A stretch of DNA of 64,000 bases from Gemmatimonadales bacterium (lineage in GTDB: Bacteria > Gemmatimonadota > Gemmatimonadetes > Gemmatimonadales > GWC2-71-9): assembly GCA_041615815.1 (NCBI GenBank), contig JBFJCP010000007.1, positions 1-64,000 on the forward strand. Reading direction: 5' to 3'. How positions within the stretch are numbered: position 1 is the stretch's first letter; each line of letters starts with the position of its first letter. A program made the position numbers and the translations under genes. Under the pieces are notes generated by a model. That model ran no database searches. It was not told the DNA's origin and saw nothing but the letters and a program-made list of their open reading frames with translations. Below, one piece after another: positions 30,421 to 39,039 of the stretch.

Positions 30421-31206
30421 ATGGGTGAGACTGTGTCACCGGATGCCAGCACCCCCGACGAACTCCGTGCTCGTGTTCGTGAACTCGAAGCCGAGCGCCG
30501 TAATTTGCTCGCCATCGTTGAGATCTTGCAGGAGATCGCCGGAACGCTGCATTTCGTCGATGTCCTCCAGGGGATTACCCGTAAGCTTGGTGAGACCTTT
30601 GGGCTCGACCGATGCTCCATCCTGCTCGTGGAGAAGGGTACCAACGCGGCGCGCCTCGTCGCCTCGTACGAAGATCCCACGGTTCGTGACTATATGGTGG
30701 ACTTGGATCGCTATCCAGAGTTACGACGTGCCCTGCGCAGCGGGGAGACCGTCTACATTCCGGACGCGCAGGCGGATCCGGAGCTCAAGCACATCCGGGG
30801 CGTGTTGCAGAATCGGCGCGTCAAGTCCATCACCGTCGTCCCGATTACGTGGCGCGGGAGCGCCATCGGGGCCATCTTCCTGCGCACCTTCCGTGACGGG
30901 CCAGCCTTCTCCGAATCCGACGTCCACTTCACCCAAGTGGTCGCGAGCTTGGCGGCGAAGGCCTTGCGCAACGCCTACCGCTATGATCGACTGGCACGAG
31001 ACCAATCGGCGGCGGACGAGGCATTGCGCCAAGCGGACCTGCGACGCGTTGCCCTCGTGACTTTTCTCACACGGCTCCTCGATGTGTTCGGTCGGCAAGC
31101 GGGCCCGTGGGAAGAGTTGCGATTGTCGCGGACGTCCACCGAGGAGCTGGAGCGATTGGTCGAGCTCGCAATGACGGTCTTGAACGAAGAAGCGAAGAGC
31201 CGATGA
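30421..31206 (+). CDS. Coiled-coil plus GAF domain protein
   Basis: DRCSILL, YIPDA, SITVVPI, IGAIFL, FSESD...AKALRNA. Confidence 0.8.
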   Translation: MGETVSPDASTPDELRARVRELEAERRNLLAIVEILQEIAGTLHFVDVLQGITRKLGETFGLDRCSILLVEKGTNAARLVASYEDPTVRDYMVDLDRYPELRRALRSGETVYIPDAQADPELKHIRGVLQNRRVKSITVVPITWRGSAIGAIFLRTFRDGPAFSESDVHFTQVVASLAAKALRNAYRYDRLARDQSAADEALRQADLRRVALVTFLTRLLDVFGRQAGPWEELRLSRTSTEELERLVELAMTVLNEEAKSR

Positions 31207-31266
31207 GGCTTGCCCGCCACTCTGCGAGGGCCTACCTTGGCAGGTTCCGCAACGGAGCACGGAGTG

Positions 31267-31818
31267 ATGGGTAGCGACGCGAGCGACAACGGACTCATCC
31301 GTATTGGGCAGACGGCCCTCCACCGCTGGCGGGAAGCGCTGGAGCGTCGGGTGGGCGCCAACGCGGCGACGTGTCTTCAAGAGGTCGGCGCCGCGAGCGG
31401 CGCCGATATCTACGAGGCGTTTCAGCGTTGGTTCCCCATGCACACCGGTCTGGATGATCCAGGCGAACTGCGAGCCGATCGATTCGGCGAGGTGCTCTCG
31501 GCGTTCTTCTCGGAGCTGGGGTGGGGTGGGCTCCAGGTGGCGCGGTTGGGAACGGGCGGCCTCGAGCTTACCTCTACGGATTGGGCCGAGGCCGCCCCAA
31601 CGGCGAATGCGGCCTATCCCACTTGTTACTTGTCTGCGGGAATGCTCGCGGATCTCCTCTCCCGGATGGCGGATGCCCCCATCGCGATCATGGAGGTGGA
31701 GTGCCGATCGCGCCGTGACCCCCAATGCCGTTTTCTCGCCGGCGCGCCCGAGACGCTGGAAGCAGCCTACGACGCCATGAACGCCTCGCGGGACTATCTC
31801 GCCGTGTTTGGCGTCTAG
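31267..31818 (+). CDS. V4R-domain protein
   Basis: LGWG, CYLSAG, EVECRSRRDPQCRF; start uncertain. Confidence 0.78.
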   Translation: MGSDASDNGLIRIGQTALHRWREALERRVGANAATCLQEVGAASGADIYEAFQRWFPMHTGLDDPGELRADRFGEVLSAFFSELGWGGLQVARLGTGGLELTSTDWAEAAPTANAAYPTCYLSAGMLADLLSRMADAPIAIMEVECRSRRDPQCRFLAGAPETLEAAYDAMNASRDYLAVFGV

Positions 31819-31917
31819 CGCTGGCTCCCGTCGAGGACGGGGAGGCCCCCGCTCCCCGCAAGGCGAGTCCGCCGCGCCGAGGGGGTGCGCGATGCTTCCC
31901 TCCAGGCCCCCAGCCGG

Positions 31918-32448
31918 TCAGTCCGTATCGAGACCCAGCTCTTCGAGGGCGGCGGCATAGTCGGGTCGCATCACCAACTTGCCGTCGCTGACGATCTCCC
32001 TGTCCCATGGGAGAATGATGAAGCTCTCCGTCTCCAGGGCATAGAAATCCGGCTGATACGGCCCCGTCTTGAACGACACTGCGGTGCGTATCTCTGCGGG
32101 CGCGAGGCGGCGGACCGCCGAGATGGCGAGCTTCAACGTGTCGCCGCTCTCGCAGGTCTCATCGACGATGAGGACCCGGCGAGCGGTCACACTGGGCGGC
32201 GGCGCCGTGACCAAGGTGGGCCGGCGCTCGCTCGCGCGCCTGGTGACCCCCATAGATGCGAAGTCGCGTTGGAGGATGGACGCCACCACGGCGCCGGGAA
32301 TGACGCCCGCCTTGGCGATCCCCAGCACGATTTCGGGATCGAAGCTGCCGGAGATACGCAGGGCCAACCCGCGACAGAGCTCTCCGAAGAGCGGCCAATC
32401 GACCTCGAGAATGTCACGGGCGGACCCGCCAGACCAAGCTGCAGACAT
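31918..32448 (-). CDS. Type I phosphoribosyltransferase-family protein
   Basis: GIAKAG, VLIVDETCESGDTL (PRPP loop), ILPWD. Confidence 0.85.
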   Translation of the reverse strand: MSAAWSGGSARDILEVDWPLFGELCRGLALRISGSFDPEIVLGIAKAGVIPGAVVASILQRDFASMGVTRRASERRPTLVTAPPPSVTARRVLIVDETCESGDTLKLAISAVRRLAPAEIRTAVSFKTGPYQPDFYALETESFIILPWDREIVSDGKLVMRPDYAAALEELGLDTD

Positions 32449-32555
32449 GAGACCATGGATACTAGTCGGGGCGCGAACCCCTGACAACCTGGACTATCCC
32501 ACCGTAACGGACGCGCGTTGCCAAGGAGTTCTGCCTCTAATATCTTCCCGCACGA

Positions 32556-32969
32556 ATGGGACTGTGGAAACGCCTTTTCGGTCGACATGCCGAACTGAAA
32601 CCGCAACGCCTCGACTATCTCAACGAGGCGCTGGCCCTGGAACGACAGGGCGACTACGATGCGGCTCTCACCTCGTATCGCCTCGCGCTGCGGGACCATC
32701 CCGCCGATCTCCGTATCCTGCAGAACATGGCGATCGCGTATACGAAGACCAACCGTGTCGACGAAGCCATTCGCTACTACCGCAAGGCTCTCGAGATCGA
32801 CGAAACCCTGGCAGGTGCCCACTACGGTCTGGCTTTTCTCCTCATGAAACGGGGTGAAACGGAGGCGGCAGCGGAGCACCTCAGAGTGTTCCTCGCTCGT
32901 CCACCGGTAGGTCCGGACGCCGACAAGTGGGTCGAGCACGCGAAGCAGACACTGGCGCAGCTCGCATAG
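32556..32969 (+). CDS. TPR protein
   Basis: Tandem TPRs (EAIRYYRKALEID, AHYGLA). Confidence 0.8.
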   Translation: MGLWKRLFGRHAELKPQRLDYLNEALALERQGDYDAALTSYRLALRDHPADLRILQNMAIAYTKTNRVDEAIRYYRKALEIDETLAGAHYGLAFLLMKRGETEAAAEHLRVFLARPPVGPDADKWVEHAKQTLAQLA

Positions 32970-32974
32970 ACGTG

Positions 32975-33718
32975 ATGCTTCTGCGCGTCTTCCTGCTGGC
33001 CGCGCTCGGGAGTGTCGCCTGTACCGAGTTCCTCGGCAACCTCGATCGGATCATTGCCATCGAGCTCATCGGCTCGATCGCGCCCAAGGTGGAAGAAGGG
33101 GACACGCTGCAGCTGGAGGCCCGCGCACGCCGCGCGGACGGTCAAGTGGTCCCCGACGCCGAGATTCGGTGGGCGATTATCGACGTGGACAGCGGTCAAA
33201 TCGGATTCACGCTCGACTCGGCAACCGGTGTCCTGGTCGCGGTGACGCCGAGTAGCGGCCGGGTGCAGGCGCGGGTGGACGACCTCGCTTCGGGTGCGAT
33301 CACGGTGACGGTGTCCGGGGCACCAGATAGTATCGCGCTCGCTGGACCAGACCGAGTCGTGTTCGATACCACGACCGCCGCCTCTCCGGCGCTCGAGAGT
33401 CTCGTGTTGGACCTGACGACGAGCCCAGGCGATACCCTGGGTCTGCGGGAGAAGACGGTGACCTACACTCTGACGGACCCCCCCGCGGGGAATCCGGCCG
33501 CTGACGGCGTGTTCCTCACGGTGAGTGACACGGTGCCAGGAGCCGACCCGCACGCGATCGGCGTGCAAACGGATGGGAGCGGGAAGGCCTCGGTCTTCCT
33601 CCGCCGTTTGGCCGCACTCACTATTCCGGATTCGGTGGTTGTCGAGGCATCCATCGCAACGGCGATTGGCGACTTTGTTCCCGGCTCACCCATCGTGTTC
33701 GTGGTGGTGATTCAGTAA
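32975..33718 (+). CDS. Lipoprotein with Ig-like domains
   Basis: Lipobox GSVAC; GDTLQLEA, TDGSGKASV, VPGSPIVF. Confidence 0.65.
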   Translation: MLLRVFLLAALGSVACTEFLGNLDRIIAIELIGSIAPKVEEGDTLQLEARARRADGQVVPDAEIRWAIIDVDSGQIGFTLDSATGVLVAVTPSSGRVQARVDDLASGAITVTVSGAPDSIALAGPDRVVFDTTTAASPALESLVLDLTTSPGDTLGLREKTVTYTLTDPPAGNPAADGVFLTVSDTVPGADPHAIGVQTDGSGKASVFLRRLAALTIPDSVVVEASIATAIGDFVPGSPIVFVVVIQ

Positions 33719-33746
33719 TCGGTTGATCCGAAATCGGTTGATCCGA
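33717..33746 (+). repeat. Exact 15-bp tandem duplication AATCGGTTGATCCGA x2
   Basis: Units at 33717-33731 and 33732-33746, each containing TCGG-N5-CCGA. Confidence 0.85.
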
Positions 33747-33771
33747 CAACCGCCCGTTGCGGAGGTGAGGT

Positions 33772-35565
33772 GTGCAACAGCCCGAGAATCTCAACCAACT
33801 CTTTTTTGCCGCCACCGAGCGCTTTGCCGCGAAGCGGGCGGCGGTGCGGTACAAAGCGGGTGGAATCTGGCGGGACATGGAGTACACCGACTTGGAGCGC
33901 CGGGTGCGCCATGCTGCCCTTGGACTATGGGAACTTGGCGTGGGAGCTGGCGAGCGTGTCGCGATTCTCTCACACAACCGGCCCGAGTGGGCAATCGCGG
34001 ATTTCGCCTGTCTGACGGCGCGCTGCGCCGATGTCCCCGTGTACCCTACGCTTCCGGCCCAACAGGTGGCGTACATCCTCAAGGATTCGGGCTCGCGCGC
34101 CGTCTTTGTCGAAGACCGAGAGCAGTTCGAAAAGGTGGCAGTCGAACGGCATGGCCTTCCGGATCTCCAGCACGTCATACTCTTCGATGGACCCGCCGAG
34201 GGAGCCAACGTCCACACCTTCGATGACATTCTGCGTCTCGGCGCCGAGGCCGAGGAGAAATACCCCAGGTATCGCGATGAAGCGCTGAGCGTGCCTCGAG
34301 ATGCACTGGCCACGCTCATCTACACATCGGGAACCACCGGATCGCCGAAGGGCGTGATGCTCACGCACCACAATTTCTGCTCCAACGTGCTTGCCGGGCT
34401 CCAAGTTCTGGTGATCGGTCCGGACGATTCGTGTCTCTCACTTCTCCCGCTGTCGCACAGCTTCGAGCGCATGGCCGGGCATTACACGATGTTCCACGGC
34501 GGTGTGACCATTAATTACGCCGAGAGTGTCGAGCAGGTCCCGGCCAACCTCCTGGAGACGCGACCAAGCGTGGTCCTCTCGGTCCCGCGGCTCTTCGAGA
34601 AGATCTACGCCCGTGTGCTGGAGAATGCACTCGCGGGAGGAGCGCTCAAGCGCCGCATCTTCTTCTGGGCGCGCCGCCATGCCGAAGCCTGGGCGGACAA
34701 AAAGCTAGCCAAGGAATCGATTCCGGTCGGGCTCGCGGCCAAGAAGGCGCTGGCGGACAAGCTGGTCTTTGGCAAGCTCGTGGCACGCACCGGAGGCGGG
34801 ATTCGGTTTTTCGTCTCGGGGGGGGCCCCACTCAGCCCGGAGATCGCCAAGTTCTTCTTTGCGGCAGGCCTCCCGATCCTCGAAGGGTACGGACTCACCG
34901 AAACGTCGCCGGTCATTAGTGTGAACACGCTGGAGGATCTCCGACTCGGAACCGTCGGGAAACCCATTCCAGGTGTCGAAGTGCGGATCGCGGACGACGG
35001 CGAGATTCTGGCACGCGGTCCCAACATCATGCTGGGGTACTTCAACAAACCGGACGCCACCAGGGAAGTCATCGACGCGGAGGGGTGGTTCCACACCGGA
35101 GACGTGGGCGAACTCGACGACGACGGCTTTCTCAAGATCACCGACCGTAAGAAAGACATCATCGTCACCGCCGGCGGTAAGAACATCGCGCCCCAACCCA
35201 TCGAGAACATGGTGAAAACGAACCCGTTCGTTCTCAACGCCGTGATGATTGGGGACAAGCGCAAGTTCCCATCGATGATCGTGGTGCCCGATCTCGATGC
35301 TCTGAAGAAATGGGCCGAGGAACGCAAGCTGGAGGTGCCCGATCCAACGACGTTCCTCGCGATGCCCGATGTCGTGGCCAAGATGGAACGCGAGGTGATG
35401 GGGAACCTTCGAGATCTGGCCAGCTTCGAGATGCCCAAGAAGCTCGTGTTGATTCCCGAAGATTTCACCATCGAAAGCGGCGAGCTGACCCCGACGCTCA
35501 AGGTGAAGCGACGAGTGATCGAAACCAAGTTCAAGAAGGAAATCGACGCCCTGTACGCCGAATAG
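33772..35565 (+). CDS. Long-chain acyl-CoA synthetase (AMP-dependent)
   Basis: YTSGTTGSPKG, EGYGLTETSP, WFHTGD, ELTPTLKVKR; SD GGAGGT before GTG. Confidence 0.92.
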   Translation: MQQPENLNQLFFAATERFAAKRAAVRYKAGGIWRDMEYTDLERRVRHAALGLWELGVGAGERVAILSHNRPEWAIADFACLTARCADVPVYPTLPAQQVAYILKDSGSRAVFVEDREQFEKVAVERHGLPDLQHVILFDGPAEGANVHTFDDILRLGAEAEEKYPRYRDEALSVPRDALATLIYTSGTTGSPKGVMLTHHNFCSNVLAGLQVLVIGPDDSCLSLLPLSHSFERMAGHYTMFHGGVTINYAESVEQVPANLLETRPSVVLSVPRLFEKIYARVLENALAGGALKRRIFFWARRHAEAWADKKLAKESIPVGLAAKKALADKLVFGKLVARTGGGIRFFVSGGAPLSPEIAKFFFAAGLPILEGYGLTETSPVISVNTLEDLRLGTVGKPIPGVEVRIADDGEILARGPNIMLGYFNKPDATREVIDAEGWFHTGDVGELDDDGFLKITDRKKDIIVTAGGKNIAPQPIENMVKTNPFVLNAVMIGDKRKFPSMIVVPDLDALKKWAEERKLEVPDPTTFLAMPDVVAKMEREVMGNLRDLASFEMPKKLVLIPEDFTIESGELTPTLKVKRRVIETKFKKEIDALYAE

Positions 35566-35597
35566 GGCTACGCCGGCACGCAACGAACTGGCGACGG

Positions 35598-36182
35598 TCA
35601 GTCGGTCTTCCTCCCGACAAAGAGCCCCCGATCCGCTGCCAGCGTCTCCACACCGGGCACCGCCTCCTCCCTCGCGCCGAGCACGAGGCGCTGGCCTCGC
35701 AGCACCACCCGCACACCTTCCCCAATCCAGGGCGGACGCACGTGCTCGATCCCAATGGCAACCCCGCGCATCACCGCGGTCCGTAGGGGGATCACCCGCT
35801 CCGACCGGAGAAGGCTGAGGTACGGCGAGGGCACCACGTCCGACGGCGGATTGATGCCCACGAGGTGCACACCGTCCATCAGTCCAGCCAGCTCCGCCTC
35901 CAGGTGGCACCAGGACCCGACCAGTGCCACAAACCCGCCCGGGCTGGTCAGCCCCAGCAGGGCGCAGACGGTTGCGGCCTCAGGGAGTGGACCCGCGGGA
36001 GGCTCCGGATTGACACCGAATTCGACGACGCCGTCCCGGATGGGGTACTCGCGCCGACAAACCGGACACCCGATGGCGCCGCGGATGACCCGCCGATCCA
36101 CCATCGCCTCGGGGAGCAACACGCAGTGGGCGTCCGGATGGGGCTCGGGACAGCGGAGGTATTCGGTGAGCTCGATGAACAC
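35598..36182 (-). CDS. Trm112-like zinc-ribbon N-terminus plus degenerate Rossmann-like domain
   Basis: LRCP...CPVCRREYPIRDGV; C-terminal RVVLRGQRLV resembles methyltransferase RVLKPGGRL. Confidence 0.6.
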   Translation of the reverse strand: MFIELTEYLRCPEPHPDAHCVLLPEAMVDRRVIRGAIGCPVCRREYPIRDGVVEFGVNPEPPAGPLPEAATVCALLGLTSPGGFVALVGSWCHLEAELAGLMDGVHLVGINPPSDVVPSPYLSLLRSERVIPLRTAVMRGVAIGIEHVRPPWIGEGVRVVLRGQRLVLGAREEAVPGVETLAADRGLFVGRKTD

Positions 36183-36191
36183 GGAGGGGGA

Positions 36192-36890
36192 TCAAGACGC
36201 CGGCATGAGCCGCAGAACATCGACGTTGACCGTGGATGGGCGGGTGACCGCGAATACCACGGCCTCGGCGACGTCGTCCGGCCGGAGCATCGAGGCGCGG
36301 GCAGGGAGATCTTCTCGTCCATTGGGATCCAGCGGATCCCACAGCCGCGTGTCTGTCGCGCCGGGCGAAATCAGCGTGGCCTGCACTCCGGTACCCTGCA
36401 ACTCCTCCTGCAGCACGGCGTGGAGTGCCCGCACGCCGTGCTTGCTGGCGCCGTAGGCGGCATTTCCGGGAAAGATGCGGTGATCCGCCACGCTTCCGAT
36501 GGTCACAATGCGTCCGCTTCCCCGCTGGAGGAGATGGGGAAGCACGGCACGGACGACGAGAAACGGACCGATGACATTGATGGCGAGCTGTTGTTCGAAC
36601 TCGGCTGACGTGGTGTCTACGAGTGGTTTGAGGAGAAACGCACCGGCGTTGTTGACCACGATGGTGGGAACCCCATGCTGGGCGATCACGAGGTCTACTG
36701 CGCGTTGGACTGCTGCTTCGTCCGTCACATCGCAACGCACGTCCACCAACGACTCGCCCGCTTCATCCTCCAGACTACGTGCCAGCCGCGCCACCTTTGC
36801 GCCTGCCCTCTGTAGGGCCTCGGCAATGGCCAATCCGATCCCGCGGCTCGCACCGGTGACGAGCGCGAGATCTCCAGCGAGGCTACTCAC
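36192..36890 (-). CDS. SDR oxidoreductase
   Basis: [17 protein letters not shown]. Confidence 0.9.
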   Translation of the reverse strand: MSSLAGDLALVTGASRGIGLAIAEALQRAGAKVARLARSLEDEAGESLVDVRCDVTDEAAVQRAVDLVIAQHGVPTIVVNNAGAFLLKPLVDTTSAEFEQQLAINVIGPFLVVRAVLPHLLQRGSGRIVTIGSVADHRIFPGNAAYGASKHGVRALHAVLQEELQGTGVQATLISPGATDTRLWDPLDPNGREDLPARASMLRPDDVAEAVVFAVTRPSTVNVDVLRLMPAS

Positions 36891-37522
36891 CCCAGCCAGT
36901 TGCCGCCGTGCGCTAGGCGCAGAAATTCGTCCCGCGTCTTCCCATCGTGGAAGCTCCCCCGGAGGGCACTGGTGACGGTTTTCGAGTTTTGCTTCTCGAC
37001 CCCCCGCATCATCATGCAGAGATGGTAGGCCTCCACCACCACACCTACGCCATGCGGATTGAGGACGCGCATCAACTCATCCGCAATCTCGTCCGTCATC
37101 CGTTCCTGTACCTGGAGGCGACGGGCAAACACGTCGACAACACGGGCAATTTTCGACAACCCGATGATCTTGCCCTTGGGCAGGTAAGCGACGTGTGCTT
37201 TGCCAAAGAAAGGGAGCATGTGGTGCTCGCACATCGAGTAGATCTCGATGTCCCGCACCAGAATCATGCTTTCATGGGGCTCCTCGAAAATCGCTCCGGC
37301 AACGATATCGTCCACCGACTCCTGATACCCTCGGGTGAGCCACCGCATGGATGCCTCCACCCGCGCGGGCGTCCGCTTGAGCCCTTCGCGCTCCGGCTCC
37401 TCCCCCAACATGATCAGCATCCGGCGCACCAGATCCTGAAAGTCCGGCTGGTGCGTGGAGTGCGTGAGGGGCAGCACCCTCGGTTCCGGTTCGCGGAGCC
37501 GCTCTTCAGAATGATCACTCAT
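36887..37522 (-). CDS. folE: GTP cyclohydrolase I
   Basis: [32 protein letters not shown]. Confidence 0.95.
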   Translation of the reverse strand: MSDHSEERLREPEPRVLPLTHSTHQPDFQDLVRRMLIMLGEEPEREGLKRTPARVEASMRWLTRGYQESVDDIVAGAIFEEPHESMILVRDIEIYSMCEHHMLPFFGKAHVAYLPKGKIIGLSKIARVVDVFARRLQVQERMTDEIADELMRVLNPHGVGVVVEAYHLCMMMRGVEKQNSKTVTSALRGSFHDGKTRDEFLRLAHGGNWLG

Positions 37523-37905
37523 CCGCCCATCCTCGTAATACGGGTGTTTCGTGCATGACCGTCATACCGGGGGGTCTCGCGCTCGATTTGGAGGGTAACG
37601 GCCTCGCGCCGCGAATGCTACCGGGCCGAGGTCCAGCAGATGATCATGGAGAAGAGACCCGCAGGGAGAAAAAAACGGAGCTGAAGAGAATTATTGCAGC
37701 CCGATTCCGCAGGATCCGCGTCACCGCCACGGCGTCTGCCCTCCCCACCCCGGGGCACGACATCAGCCACAGCAAGCGGGCGCGTTGTCGAGCTCTGTTG
37801 GCGCAATAATGACGCTCTTCAGCCCCGCAACCGCGAACGAATATAGGGTAGCGTTTTCACACCGTCAAGCAGACATTTCCCCTAATGAAAACTCAGGATA
37901 CCTTC

Positions 37906-38064
37906 ATGAATATTTCCCTGATCGCTGCCATAGTCTGTGTGGTTGCATGGGTGGTGCTGGCGTTCGTCGTGGCAATTCCGACGGGCTGGGTACATCTACC
38001 GTTGGCACTCGCGTCCGTCCTGTTCGCCAAGGGAGTAGTGGAGGCTGACACGTCTCGTGAGTGA
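37906..38064 (+). CDS. 52-aa two-TM small protein (lmo0937/DUF5670-like), absent from the ORF track
   Basis: MNISLIAAIVCVVAWVVLAFVVAIPTGWVHLPLALASVLFAKGVVEADTSRE; AGGA upstream; stop abuts the convergent GNAT stop at 38065. Confidence 0.7.
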   Translation: MNISLIAAIVCVVAWVVLAFVVAIPTGWVHLPLALASVLFAKGVVEADTSRE

Positions 38065-39039
38065 TCAAATCTCCCAATTGGAGAATAGTACCTCCCCCGG
38101 AGGTAGCATCACCTCCGGATATCCCTCGAGGGTCATGCGGAGATCGGTCCATCGAACGCGATAGTCGCGATTGATCAACTCGCGATACGCCTCCCGGTGG
38201 GCCGTCTGACACCGCACCGCAACCCGGCGGATGCGATGCCGAGCCGCACACGACTCCAGTGCCACCAGCAGTCGATCAAACGTATCCGGTGAGTCCGCGA
38301 AGAGCTTGAGCACCCGGAGCTCATCTGCCGGCCGCGCATCGGCCAGCGGTGCCGAATGCCAGAGGGCGAAACCCGCGACACCACCTTCCCGCTCCACGAT
38401 CACCGTATCGCCTATACCGAGCTCGGCGGTCAACTCGATTTCCCGACTGAAGTCACAGCCCGCCGCCGAGCGATCCAGACGCTCCCGACAGCGCGTCACG
38501 AGCCCGCCCCGATCCGCCTGCGGCACTTTCGACAGGCGCAGGAACTTGCCTCGGATGCTGCGCTGTCTGACCTCACCGGTCAGGGTCACGGTGAGGTGTT
38601 GGGGCACGAAGCCCAGCCGACTGTAGAATCCGATGTTCTCGACGGTCCGCGGCATCGTCTCCAACCCTAGGGTGCGCACCCCTTGTTCCCGCAACCAGGT
38701 CACCGCGGTTTCGACGATGACGCGTCCCACCCCGAGGCCCTGCCGATCGTTACGCACCGCCAACGGCCCCATCCACCCCTCCGTCCCCGAATGGTGCGCG
38801 ATGTTGAACGCTACCATGCCCCCGCGCTCGTCGTCCCACCGCATCGCGCCAGCGCCGGCATCTTCGATGGCATAGCGCCAGATCACCGGATTCAATTGGG
38901 GAACACGAACGCCTACCAAACCGTCCCGCCGATATCGGTCGGTGAACGCGTCTGAGAAGATGCGATTCAACTGGCCGATGTCGTCCACCGAGGCCGGGCG
39001 TGGTCCTTGGATCGCCGCGTCAGGCCGCCACATCTTCAT
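38065..39039 (-). CDS. GNAT family N-acetyltransferase (tandem GNAT)
   Basis: PLAVRNDRQGLGVGR acetyl-CoA motif, NIGFYSRLGF. Confidence 0.85.
   Translation of the reverse strand: MKMWRPDAAIQGPRPASVDDIGQLNRIFSDAFTDRYRRDGLVGVRVPQLNPVIWRYAIEDAGAGAMRWDDERGGMVAFNIAHHSGTEGWMGPLAVRNDRQGLGVGRVIVETAVTWLREQGVRTLGLETMPRTVENIGFYSRLGFVPQHLTVTLTGEVRQRSIRGKFLRLSKVPQADRGGLVTRCRERLDRSAAGCDFSREIELTAELGIGDTVIVEREGGVAGFALWHSAPLADARPADELRVLKLFADSPDTFDRLLVALESCAARHRIRRVAVRCQTAHREAYRELINRDYRVRWTDLRMTLEGYPEVMLPPGEVLFSNWEI

Noticed and set aside
33717..33746. CRISPR-like repeat
   Set aside because: Only two adjacent 15-bp units, no spacer and no cas genes.
37516..37620. Possible queD remnant upstream of folE (VMHETP)
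   Set aside because: The match is only a few residues; the upstream frame has no QueD motifs and hits a stop.
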